A program made the translations under genes and the position numbers. A stretch of 64,000 nt of DNA from assembly GCA_043228905.1 (NCBI GenBank), contig JBHGNT010000001.1, forward strand, positions 23,994,001 to 24,058,000, in the 5' to 3' direction. The notes beneath the pieces are model-generated. The model was not told the origin of the DNA. It did not search any database and saw nothing but the letters and a program-made list of their open reading frames with translations. Below, one piece after another: positions 53,034 through 64,000 of this stretch. Each line of letters opens with the position of its first letter. The first letter of the stretch is position 1. The stretch comes from Azolla caroliniana (lineage: Eukaryota; Plantae; Polypodiophyta).

Positions 53034-56000
53034 TGTCATGGACATGACAATAGTCATGTCATGATTCAAACTCTTGACCTACTCTATTTAATCAATATGT
53101 TTTAACCAATACATCCAATACATAATCATGTTACTTTACTAGGGATTATTGTAGATTATCTATTCTACATGTAGGATTTTAGAAGCTTCCAGAAAGCTCC
53201 AGAAGCTAGAACATTCTAGAAGCTTGTGCATGAAAATGAGTCTTTGCATGGGGCTACATTTAGAGCCCCTAAACATGTATAAATACAAGGGTTCACCTTG
53301 GCCTTAGTCAAGGTGAACAAATTGTCACAGACAAGTAGACAAGGCTCAATACTAAGAGAGTGAGAGAGAGATCATAGACAAGATAATAAGAAAGAGAGAG
53401 AAAATAGTCAAGAGAACATCTCGATCACTTTGTCGGTATCTACCTTGATGAAATTCTTGTCTTCTCGTCGAACATTGAAGAGCATACTCACCACGTTCGA
53501 TTGACATAGGAGCATGGCCTCTATGCCAAGAGAGAAAAATCTGAGTTTGATTGTAAAAATCATAGTACGTAAAATTCGTGTTCGTCTGCCATATCATTCG
53601 TTTTCATACGTTGGAAAACGAACACGAATGATATGCAAATATTCGTGTGTGTTTTTTTTTTTCATTTTTTTCATTTTTTTTTTCATTTTTTTTCATTTTT
53701 TTTTTCAATTTTTTTCAAAATTTCCCTCTTTTCTCCCTTTTCCTCTACACTAACGTTACGCTCTCTTCTCCTCTACAACCTAGCCTCAAACGATTTGCGA
53801 TTCTGCAGAGTGCATTCAACCTTCAGGTATATTTAGTGTAGAAATATGGTTTTAATTTCAGTGATGAAATTTCTGTGCTAAAAAATTAGAAATTTCATCA
53901 CAGAAATTTCTGTGATGAAATTTCATCAACGAAATTTCAGTGATGATTGAAATTTCTGAAATTTCAATCAAATTTTCTGAAATTTCAATCATCACTAAAA
54001 TTTCAGATGATTGAAATTTCTGAAATTTCAGTGATGATTGAAGTACATTTTCATTAATACATACTAAAAGGAGAAATAGATTGAGTTCAAATCATGTGCA
54101 AAAATTGGTTTTTTTGCACACAAATCTTCGTATTCTTAAGAGGATTAAAGAAAGAGGTTTCAATCCTATTGAGGTTACTATTGACATGATAGAGAAAGAA
54201 AATGATGAAGAACGATTATTGGTGTTGCAAAGTGAACAAGAAACACAAGAAGTTGATGAAAATGAGAGCCTCACCAATGTGATGTCTTATCTTGATGATA
54301 ATGCACAAGATGAGGATGATGATTTTGAGGATGATGATTTTGAAAATGATGATATCACCTTGAATGAAGATTAGGAATGCTCGTTTTGATGTAACACCTC
54401 ATTGAGGATTTTTTTGGAGACTAGGCATTTTGGGTAGTTGTTATTAGAATTTACGAAAAAAAGCATATTGTTATTAAGAAGGTAATATGTTTTTTTTTTG
54501 CAATTTAAAATTTTTTTTTTCCGTGAAAAAATGTTTACCTTATAGTAAACCATTTATCCAAAAGTATGGTATTTATCATTCTTCGAGAGTGTTTATCATT
54601 CTCGAATGATTGAATCATTCTCAAAACACGAATGCACGAATGGTACGCATGGTTCATACTATGGTAAAAATAATAGAATTTCTTGGTTATGTTATCTCCC
54701 CCCAGGACATCACCATGGATCCAAGGAAAATCAAGGCAATTCAAGAATGGGCCACTCCAAAACGAGTAAAGGATGTCCAGTTGTTCCTTGGTTTCACAAA
54801 TTTCTATTGGCAATTTATCAAGCGGTTCTCCGTCATAGTCCAACCCTTGATTGAGCTTACTCATATAGGGATGTCTTTTCAATGGACTCCATCTACTCAA
54901 CACGCCTTCGACCTACTCAAGGAAGTTTTTACCCGGGCTCTAGTCCTCCATGTCGACCCTACTAACCCTTTTCAAGTTGAAACAGATGCCTCTAACTTTG
55001 CCATTGGTGCCATCTTATCCCAACTCGATGATGATGGCATCCTACATCCGGTGACGTATTACTCCCGAAAATTCACACCTCCAGAAATCAACTATCCCAT
55101 CTACAACAAGGAGCTCGCGGTTATAGTGGCAACTTTCACGGAGTGGAGACCTTACTTGGCTAGGGCGCAACATTTGGTTAAGGTATTAACATATCATAAA
55201 AATTTATTGTATTTCTCAACAACCCGTACTTTGAATCGGTGGCAGGCCCGTCGGTCAACTTTCTTAGCCGACTATGACTTTGAAATTGTCTTTCAGCAAG
55301 GGGCACAAAACATGAAGGCAGATGCTCTTTCACGACGGTCAGATTTTGAGTTGAGCCCAAGGGATGATGCCTATGGTCAACAATCTCAATGTTTGCTTAA
55401 ACCAGATCAATTCCAGCTCTTCGCCACATGCATGCTCCATTACGACTCTTTGCTTAAGGAGATAGCCAAAGCACTTCTCACCAACAAAATCGCCAACGCA
55501 ATTTAGGAAGGTCTTATTGATCCGTCTAAATCCAAGACCAAGGAAGACCTTGACCGCTTCAGATTCGAGGGGGGATTGCTTTACCGAGACCAACTCTTAT
55601 ATGTTCCGGAGGGCCGATGTCGAACTCAACCATGATGACCCCTTGGTTGGTCATTTTGGCGTTACAAAGACACTCAAATTAATCTCACGAGGATATTGGT
55701 GGCCTCAACCATGGAAGTTCATCAAGGAATTCATCAAGACATGTAATACTTATGCTAGATCCAAACTCGTCCACCATAGGCCATATGGGTTGCGCCAACC
55801 ACTTCCCATTCCCAACCGGCCTTGGGCATCAATTTCCATAGATTTCATCACCGACTTGCCTCTTGTCCACGGATATGACACAATGATTGTCATGGTAGAT
55901 CGGTTTACAAAGATGGCTCATTTTGCCCCTTGTGCAAAGACTATTTCAGCAGAAGCAACAACCGATCTATATTTAAAGAATGTGGTGCTATTTCATGGGG

Positions 56001-57342
56001 TCCCAGATGATGTCACCTCAGATCGCGAACCCCAATTTGTCTCTCGTTTTTGGCAGTGGCTCCTTCAAACATTGGGCACAACAGTGAATTTGTCTTCGTC
56101 CTATCATCCTCAAACCGATGGCCAAACGGAGCGGGTGAACCAAATTCTTGAGCAATACCTTCGATGCTTGCTTAGGTACCAACAAGATGATTGGGTTGAC
56201 CTCCTACCCTTGGCAGAGTTCACATATAATAATACGCTACATGGTTCAACTGGGGTCACCCCATTTTTCGCCAACTATGGTTTCCATCCTCGCTTAAGTA
56301 TTTCCATCCTTGACAACTTTGTCAACCCGTCAGCGGAAGGACGTGCTCGCATTTTAGCCGACACTTATCAAGACCTCTCCCTCAAACTCATCCTTGCAAG
56401 GGACCGGTATAAAGCGCAAGCTGATTGACATCATTCCGGTACACCCGGCTTTGTAGTTGGTGATCAAGTTTGGCTCAGACTTCTCCATGTCGATACTACT
56501 CGACCTTGCGGAAAGTTGGATTACAAGAAGTTGGGGTCTTTCCGCATCATTGAGTGTGTCAATCCCGTCACTTTCCGGCTGGAACTTCCTCCACATTTCC
56601 AGATTCATAATGTCTTCCATGCCTCTCTTCTCGAACCTTATCATGCATCCACTATTCCTAGAAGACACTCTCCACCTCCACCTCCAATTGAGCTTTCCAC
56701 AGGTGAGGAGTATGAGGTTGACAAGATTCTGGACTCTCGTTGGCATCGACGACAACTTCAACACTGTGTCGTCAATACTTAGTCCTATGGAAAGGGTATC
56801 CCATTTTAGAGGCAACTTGGGAACCAACCCAACACTTGGAGAATGCACTAGATGTTGTTCATGCATTTCATCACCAAAATTCACAAAAATCGAGGAGGCA
56901 TCTTCGGAGGTGACCTTAGCAGGGGGATAATGTCGTGGACATGACAATAGCCATGTCATGATTCGAACTCTTGACCTACTGTATTTAATCAATATGTTTT
57001 AACCAATACATCCCATACATAATCATGTTACTTTACTAGATTATTGTAGATGATCTATTCTACGTGTAGGATTTTAGAAGCTTCCAGAAAGCTCCAGAAG
57101 ATAGAACATTCTAGAAGCTTGTGCATGAAAATGAGTCTTTGCATGGGGCTACATTTAGAGCCCATAAACATGTATAAATACAGGGGTTCACCTTGGCCAT
57201 AGTCAAGGTGAACAACACCAGTTACGGAATCATAATTCAGTTCTTGTTCTCTTGACTACTTTCTCCCTCTCTTTCTTATTATCTTGTCTATGATCTCTCT
57301 CTCACTCTCTTAGTATTGAGCCTCGTCTACTTGTCCGTGACA
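53034..57342 (+). mobile_element. Internally deleted chromovirus (Tcn1-like Ty3/gypsy)
   Basis: TSD CTTCA; rearranged 5' LTR 53034-53418 and 3' LTR 56931-57342; PPT AGGGGGATAA; RT C-terminal part, RNase H (ETDASNFAIGA), integrase (HPQTDGQTER) and chromodomain (EEYEVDKILD). Confidence 0.95.
53561..54663 (+). mobile_element. Deleted hAT element with a transposase C-terminal remnant
   Basis: TIR CATAGTA/TACTATG; 8-bp TSD GTAAAAAT; IHTKRRNRLSSNHVQKLVFLHTNLRIL (end of the hAT dimerisation domain) plus an acidic tail; internal GAAATTTCAGTGATG tandem repeats at about 53850-54040. Confidence 0.93.
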
Positions 57343-60278
57343 CTTCACTATATAGTGGATATACAAAACGACAAGATTACAACACACTCTCTCACCAGAG
57401 TGTAACAACCTCACAGGGCTCTTGACATCTAAGCTCACTCAACTATAGTGTCGTTCCACCTCACTCTTACACACTCTCTTCTCTATTGCACTCAAACTAC
57501 AGAGGCAAACAACTATTTTGTTCTACACATTTCTCTCTTTGCCCTAAGTGTATTTATGCTTATACACTATATGGGCTATTTACAAATGTAGCCATTGCTA
57601 TTGTCATTACTATTATAGCGATAATAGTTAATCAGCCGGCGGGGTTCGACTAGTCAACACCAGTGTCGACTGTCCAGTCGGCCCGACTAGTCAGGGATCT
57701 TCAATCCAAGGTCTGACATGAATTGCCAAAGCTTGTCGGCCCCTAGGGCCTTGGTGAAGATGTCAAATTTTTGAAGATTCTTGTTGATGTGTATAATATC
57801 AACATCTTCGGCCTGAACATGCTCTCGAATGAAGTGGTAGTGCACTTCGATATGCTTTGTGCGTGCGTGGAACACTGGGTTCCAACCCAGATATATACTA
57901 CTCATGTTGCCGCAGTAAATGGGAGCCGGATCCTTGATGGGAACGCCCAGATCCTTCAAAATCCTCTTGAGCCATACAACTTCACATGCAGCTATGACTG
58001 CGACCTTGTATTCGGTCTCCATACTCGAAAGAGCTACGGTTGGTTGGTTCTTGCTACTCCACAAAATTGCTCCGCTGCCAAGGGAGAAGACAAAACCAGA
58101 GGTTGATCGTAGATCGGCTTTGTAGTCGGCCCAATCAGCATCCGTGTACCCTTCAAGTCGAATTGGTGTGGCCGATGCGTAAAGGATGTCGTAATCCATT
58201 CTGCCGCTCAGTATCGTAATACTCGGTTAGTGCAATCGAAATGAATATCTTGCAGAGTTTGCATGAATTGGCTAAGGAGGCTGACCGGATAGTTGAGGTC
58301 GGGTTGAGTGATCGTGAGATAGATGAGGCTCCCGATCAGTTGTCGATATTGAGTTGGCTCGCACTCATCAGTGCCGGAGCCATCATCTATTTTGAGGTTT
58401 CAATCGAGAGGGGTTGACATAGATTTGCACTCTGTCATCCCGAACTTTTATAATAAGTTGAGAATGTAGTGTCATAGAGAGGTCATAATGCTGGTCGAAA
58501 TCCGAATTACTTCGATGCCTAGGAAGTAATGAAGTTCCTTCATGTCCGTCATCTCGAATTTGTTGGAGAGGAGGGATTTCACCTTGTTGATGTCAACTAA
58601 ACTTTCTCCTCCAATAACCAGATCATCCACGTATAGGATGATGACAATTGAGCTTCTAGAGTCATTTCGTACGTGGAGGGAGTTGTCGGATTTCGACATT
58701 CGAAAGCCGATTTGATGAAGATATTGTGTAATCTTCGAATGCCAAGCATGCGATGCTTGCTTGAGGCCATAGAGTGGCTTCTTGAGTTGGCACACGACTT
58801 TTGGATGAGTACGCGATTCAAAGCCGGGTGGTTGTACCATGTATACCTCCTCTTCTAATTCGCCTTGAAGAAAGGTGTTCTTTACGTCCATCTGATGGAG
58901 GTGCCACCCTTTCGCCGTTGTGAGTGCAATTACGGTCCACACAATCGTCATCTTTGCCACCGGGGCAAATGACTCTTCGTAGTTGACTCCATGTGTTTGT
59001 GTGTATCCTTTCGCTACGAGTTGAGATTTGTAGCGGTTTACGGAGTCGTCGGCGTTATACTTCACCTTGTAGATCCATCTGCAACCGATCGCCTTCTTAT
59101 GCGGTGACTGGGGAATGAGATCCCATGTTTCATTCTTGCAAAGTGCTCGCATCTCCTCGTTCATTACTTCGACCCATCGCGGGTCCTTCACGGCTTCGGA
59201 AAAGGTTTCCGGCTCCGATACTATTGCTACCTTCATCATAAAGGCATAATGGTACGCCATATAATGGTTGTAGTCGAATCGGCTTATGGGGTTCTTTTCA
59301 CAGGTGGATCGGCGGAACTTCTCGTTTGTGGATTCTAAGGCTTTCTTCGCTCCATTTGTCCGGATGTCAAGGCCTTCAAACTCACTATCGAGGGAGTGAG
59401 TTGATTCGTTGCCGTCGAAGTGATCGTCTTCATACACCGGCATTTTCGTCTTCATGTTGTTCAGCTTCGGACTCAACCGAGATGTGCTTTGATCGCTCGG
59501 GGACTCTTGTGGCCCACTAAAACTTGTCGTAATCGGGCTTTCTTCGAACATGCGCGTGAGTTGATCTTCGGCTTCTATCTCTATTTTAGCGGATTCCAGG
59601 TCGAGCGGAATCTGAGTCGAAGTTGTCTCTTGGTGCGTACCAATATGCGGACTCGTCGAAAACGACGTCTCGACTTACTCGAGATTTTCGAGTTGCGGGG
59701 TTACAACACTTGTACCCCTTTTGCTCTAGTGAGTATCCTACGAGGATACATTTCTCTGACTTCGGGTCGAGCTTTTGTCGCTTCTCGTCGAGGATGTGCA
59801 CGTACGCAATGGAGCTGAATAACCGAACATGTGATAGGTCCGGCTTCTTTCTAAAAATATGTTTGTGCGAAGTAAGTTCCTGCACACCCGATGTTGTACA
59901 CCGATTCATGAGTTATACGACTGTGTTAGCCGCTTCTGCCTAGTACGATTTCGGCAGGTGCTTTTCGTTCATCATGGCCCGTGCTACTTCAAGGATGTGC
60001 CGATTCTTTCGTTCGGCGACTCCGTTTTGTTGTAGCACATGTCAACACGAAAAGTCTCGCCGAATTGCTTCATTCTGTAGAAAAGCTGAAAATTCGTCGG
60101 AGAATTACTCCTTGCCTCCATCCAACCGAAGACATCGTACATGTTGGCCCGTGGCTTTCTCGATGAAGGCCAGGTAGTATCGGCATCCGCCGAATGTAGC
60201 CGTTTGAGTCGGACCCCATACATTGGAATGAAATACGTCGAGTACGCCTTCACTCACGTTCTGCTCCTTCGGAAATGA

Positions 60279-60987
60279 TACCCCGTACGAGATGTACGGA
60301 GAGTCAAGTGTGATGAGCGGAGGTCGAATGTTATCATGATGTTGGTGTGTATGTGTAGGGGGCATAAATGTAATTGTGAGTCTATACGTATGTGAACACA
60401 TGCACACGTGTGTGCATGTGGATGGATACGAGGAGGTGTGAGTGAGTGTCCAGTATGAATGCTCGAGGGGGCTTACACCCCTATGTATCTACCCCCTCTT
60501 GTACTATTTAACCCCCTTATGGGGAATGAATGAAAAAACAATAACCATTTCTCTCTCTCTCTCTCTCTTTGACATCTTTCTCTCTCTCTCTCTCCCCCTT
60601 AACGTTGAACCCCCTTGGGAGGGGGGTGGAGCCATTCTAGGCACCACCCCCCACCCCACAATGCTTCTCAATGCTTGTCAACATTTTCATGATCTCTCTC
60701 ACCATCATACTCTCCATCATCTTCACTATTACATCATGTCTATCTTCGTCATCGATAACCATCATTACCATTAACCCTAACCCTAAAACGTACAACAAAT
60801 TTTGGCGACCACGACGGGATTGGGTATCCAATGGGTGTTGTACGTTTTACATTTGTACGTGTGCATGTGTTCACATATGTATAGACTCACAATTACATTT
60901 ATGCCCCCTACACATACACAACAACATCATGATAACATTCGACCCTCGCTCATCACACTTGACTCTCCGTACATCTCGTACGGGGTA
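60279..60987. repeat. 131-bp inverted repeat (arms 60279-60409 and 60857-60987)
   Basis: The arms are near-exact reverse complements around a spacer of about 450 bp. Confidence 0.92.
60410..60848 (+). mobile_element. LTR 3' part, tRNA-Arg-type PBS and the start of a second LTR (non-chromoviral Ty3/gypsy-like)
   Basis: ...AAAACGTACAACA ends at 60797; TGGCGACCACGACGGGA at 60803-60819; TGTTGTACGTTTT starts at 60836. Confidence 0.6.
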
Positions 60988-61171
60988 CCGTTCACATCTC
61001 ATAAACTACTTCATTATAATCTATTCCGAATAACCCATCCCTTTCACATTCTGGTCTTTAACTCCTTTGCCGGCCAAGTAACACATGGCACGCCTGTGGG
61101 ACAGTACCTTGTACCTCGAATCCCACTATCCGGTCCTTAGCCTTCGTCCAAGATATCCAGAATACTCTGCT

Positions 61172-61717
61172 CTAGGGTATCCAATGGTCTTCGGAAATCT
61201 GTTGTTGCTGATGTGGCTGCTGCTATTGTGGCTCTGGATCCTCCGACTGTTGCTCCTTAGATGGCGTCTGTTCGGCTTCCGGTACCGGCGGTTGTGGCGG
61301 TGATTCCTCCGTCAGCTGCTCTACCGGATTTGACTCTGGTTGACTCGCCCCGACCTTGTCTCCGTCCGGTCCTTGCCCCGACGATGGCTCCTCATCGTTG
61401 AGGTTGACGGTCGCCGCCTGCTTTGCATCTTCTTTCCGTAGCCTGGTCCGCTCATAGCTTTCAAACTGGATTTGAGCATCCAGTCGATCATCATCCAGCT
61501 GTGCGACCAGTTGCCGAATCATTGCTGACTATTCCTCCGCTAGAGTTACAAAGTCTTCTGCTAACTCATCTCTTACGGTGGTGAAGTCCTCCTTTGTTAG
61601 CATGTAGCAGTTATCGCCATCCTTCTGCCGGTTTTCCACGTCCGCCCTTAGCAACTGGAGCTCGACTGTGTGCTTTGCCCATTTGTCCCACCATTACGCC
61701 ATTGTCTCGAAATCCAT
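61172..61717 (-). pseudogene. Degenerate acidic coiled-coil ORF of unknown function
   Basis: MDFETMA*WWDKWAKHTVELQLLRADVENRQ...EE*SAMIRQLVAQLDDDRLD...; stops are consistent with CAA/CAG to TAA/TAG changes. Confidence 0.5.
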
Positions 61718-62276
61718 GACGATGGGCAAAGAAAAAACAATAAATACTCTAATAGATGATGGGCTAAAAAAGATCAAGAATCAAGTACACAATTACCTTA
61801 AACCGTTCCTAGAGAAAATTAATAAGGAAAACCCCAACACACATCCAAAAAGCACGACTATGCCCCCAACAAAAAACGGGGGCACAAGGACACACAAAGC
61901 ATCAAATTCATCCCCCACTGCCCCCACCTCCTTCTTAAGGAACCAGTCCTTTATCCCAAGTTATGGACAAAGCTATGCTTATCCCGTACCACCCACACAT
62001 CCCATACCCCCCACGTACCCTATATTTGTCCCGATGAATGTACCACCACCTACCTCCCTACCCCCACCTATGAAACAATCACTGTCTCACTTCGAGACCA
62101 TCAAATCCACCACACAGTCCTATCCTCGACCCTCAGTCCCTCGACCCCCAATTCCACGACCCACGCCTTACCCACGGCCCCTAATCAAACGACCTACTCC
62201 TCATCCCCGGCCCCCGGCCCCCGGCCCCCAGTCCCGCAACCCGCACCCAACACACGCACCACGGGACCGAAACTAA
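61668..62276 (+). CDS. Pro-rich upstream ORF (N-terminal part) of the Penelope-like element
   Basis: Overlaps the RT frame; same C/A-rich composition; probably 5'-truncated near 61720. Confidence 0.55.
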   Translation: MCFAHLSHHYAIVSKSMTMGKEKTINTLIDDGLKKIKNQVHNYLKPFLEKINKENPNTHPKSTTMPPTKNGGTRTHKASNSSPTAPTSFLRNQSFIPSYGQSYAYPVPPTHPIPPTYPIFVPMNVPPPTSLPPPMKQSLSHFETIKSTTQSYPRPSVPRPPIPRPTPYPRPLIKRPTPHPRPPAPGPQSRNPHPTHAPRDRN

Positions 62277-64000
62277 ATCCTCTACCAGGCAAATACGTAG
62301 GGGTAGACTTAGAAAATTACATTGGCTCCCGCTTCTTCAACCGTTAACCTACCTCCACATTTTACTGGGAAGGCAAACACCCTCCCAACTCGAGAATAGG
62401 ATCACTAATCACTCATTGCACAACCTTTCCTCTTTCCACCTTCCTCCACCCCAACTCAAACTTCTAAGCTTAGGTCTAGACTTTATTCCCCCACCCAAAC
62501 CTATTAGAAAACAACAATTGATAGACGTCGTTGTATCCTTGGATAGAACTTACCGCCTCAAATATTTCTTTAGAAACTCTACTAACATTATCTCTCCATT
62601 TAGAATACCGAACCCTACTTGGAATCCCCCAACCGTGCCAGAAATCACACAAACCATCACATCTATCACCTCTGCCCTCCCCTCCCCACCCACCATCCAA
62701 CCTCGCCCTCATAGGAACTTTAGAACTGCACTACATAATCTCAAAAACAATCAAGACATAGTTATTAAACCCACGGATAAAAATCTAGGCACGTGCATTC
62801 TCTCTAAGGAGTGGTACCTTAACGAATGCCTTAGACAGCTCAACGACAAAAACACTTACACCCCCGTCAAAGACCTCCCCCTAGAAACTCTCCACAGTCG
62901 ACTTGAACACCTATGTCTGAAAGCTTCCCCCCAACTCTCCAAGGAGGAAATTAGATTCCTCCTTCAGAAACCCAAACATGGTTTTAGGATATGTCGTTTC
63001 TACATCATCCCCAAAATCCACAAGCCCACTGTTGTAGGACGCCCTATCTACGTCTACAACAATTATGTTTTCGAAAGAGCCTCTAAATGGCTACACCATC
63101 TACTACATCTTGTCTTATTGTCTAAAAAACAACACCTCAAAGACTCCTTAACACTTGTTAAGGACCTAGCACACCACACCTTCCCCAAAACTTGCACGTT
63201 GTTTTCTTTTGACATAGTGTCACTATATCCCAGTATACCTACCACGGATGGTCTATTGGTTTTTAAAAAATCTATTTCACATCATTTCCCACCACACAAA
63301 ACCAAAATCATTATGAGTGTAGTTGAACTTACACTTAGAAACAATTTTCTCTCCTTTAATAATGCTTTTTGGTTACAAATTAAAGGCACTGCAATGGGTA
63401 ATAATTTTGCCGTTGTTTACGCTTGCTTGTTTCTTTCGCAGTTAGAGGACGACAACCTAGCTTTCCAAACACCGCAACTACTGTACTACAAACGCTACAT
63501 CGATGATGCCATAGGAGTTTGGGAAGGCTCCCCCGATACACTTCACACCTTCTTACACCAATACGATGTGCCTCTACAACAACACATCCGTATTGAATCA
63601 ACAACCTCCCCTAAAGAGATCACCATCCTGGACGTCGTCTTCTTCAAAGGCCCATACTTTAAAGAATTCGGCATCCTCGACACCGCATGGCACCAAAAAC
63701 CTCTCAATGCCTACATGTACCTCCTGTGGAAATCCTCGCACCCCATAGCACACAAAAAGGGCTTCATCACGGGAGAACTAAAACGGTATGCTATCCGGGA
63801 GAGCTCAGAAAATGGCTACATGGAACTGCGTAAAAAGTTCTACGACCGCCTAAGAGCTAGGGGCTACCTGTCGAAGTTCCTACTCAAGTGTTTTTCGACC
63901 GTCCCCTACTCCATACGAAACCAACTACTCTCTACCCAACCCAACAACAAAAAACCTCCACCCATTGTTTTTAAGCTTTGTTACTCCCCATGTATCAAAA
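62185..64000 (+). mobile_element. Penelope-like retroelement RT ORF (Coprina-like), open to the window end
   Basis: Manual translation gives about 605 codons with no stop: LLSLGLDFIP, IVIKPTDKNLG, FYIIPKIHK..GRPI, FDIVSLYPSIP, QIKGTAMG, YKRYIDD, QKPLNAYMYL.WKSSHP, GELKRY, RLRARGY. Confidence 0.92.

Larger units (their letters stand above)
52940..60278 (-). mobile_element. Degenerate copia (IN-RT-RNaseH) whose 3' LTR is interrupted by a chromovirus
   Basis: IN 59586-60270, RT 58472-59551 (LYVDD), RNase H 57687-58199; LTR starts TGTTGACTAG at 57659 and continues past the CTTCA TSD at 53033; far end approximate. Confidence 0.82.

Noticed and set aside
60310-60335. Hammerhead-like TGATGAG...CGAA in the inverted-repeat arms near the PLE
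   Set aside because: The core deviates (GTGATGA instead of CTGANGA, GAAT instead of GAAA) and I see no convincing stems I and III

Overview
Repeat-rich nuclear DNA from a land plant, probably a fern or other seed-free plant (inferred from the Tcn1-like chromoviruses, RTE-type LINE and Coprina-like PLE). Four intron-containing host genes lie on the minus strand: a PFK2-type 6-phosphofructokinase with a transit-peptide-like leader, tRNA-splicing endonuclease subunit SEN54, the RING-H2 E3 ligase SDIR1 and tubulin-folding cofactor A. The rest is nested mobile DNA: one intact young Ty1/copia element (293-5517), five degenerate copia elements, three chromovirus (Ty3/gypsy) remnants, four members of one hAT family (three with 8-bp TSDs), a LINE remnant and, at the right edge, an open Penelope-like RT frame that the ORF track misses. 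Most unusual: (1) the intact copia has a 63-bp flank duplication plus 40 bp of templated filler instead of a 5-bp TSD; (2) the Coprina-like PLE ORF is split by a 7-nt repeat; (3) a hAT element carries a tandem array of tRNA-like A/B-box units; (4) a chromovirus 5' LTR has its terminal segment inverted; (5) a ParB/Srx-like exon remnant; (6) a 630-bp copy of the region downstream of TBCA is fused to the 5' end of a LINE. All calls were read by eye, with no database searches; family assignments rest on recalled motifs.
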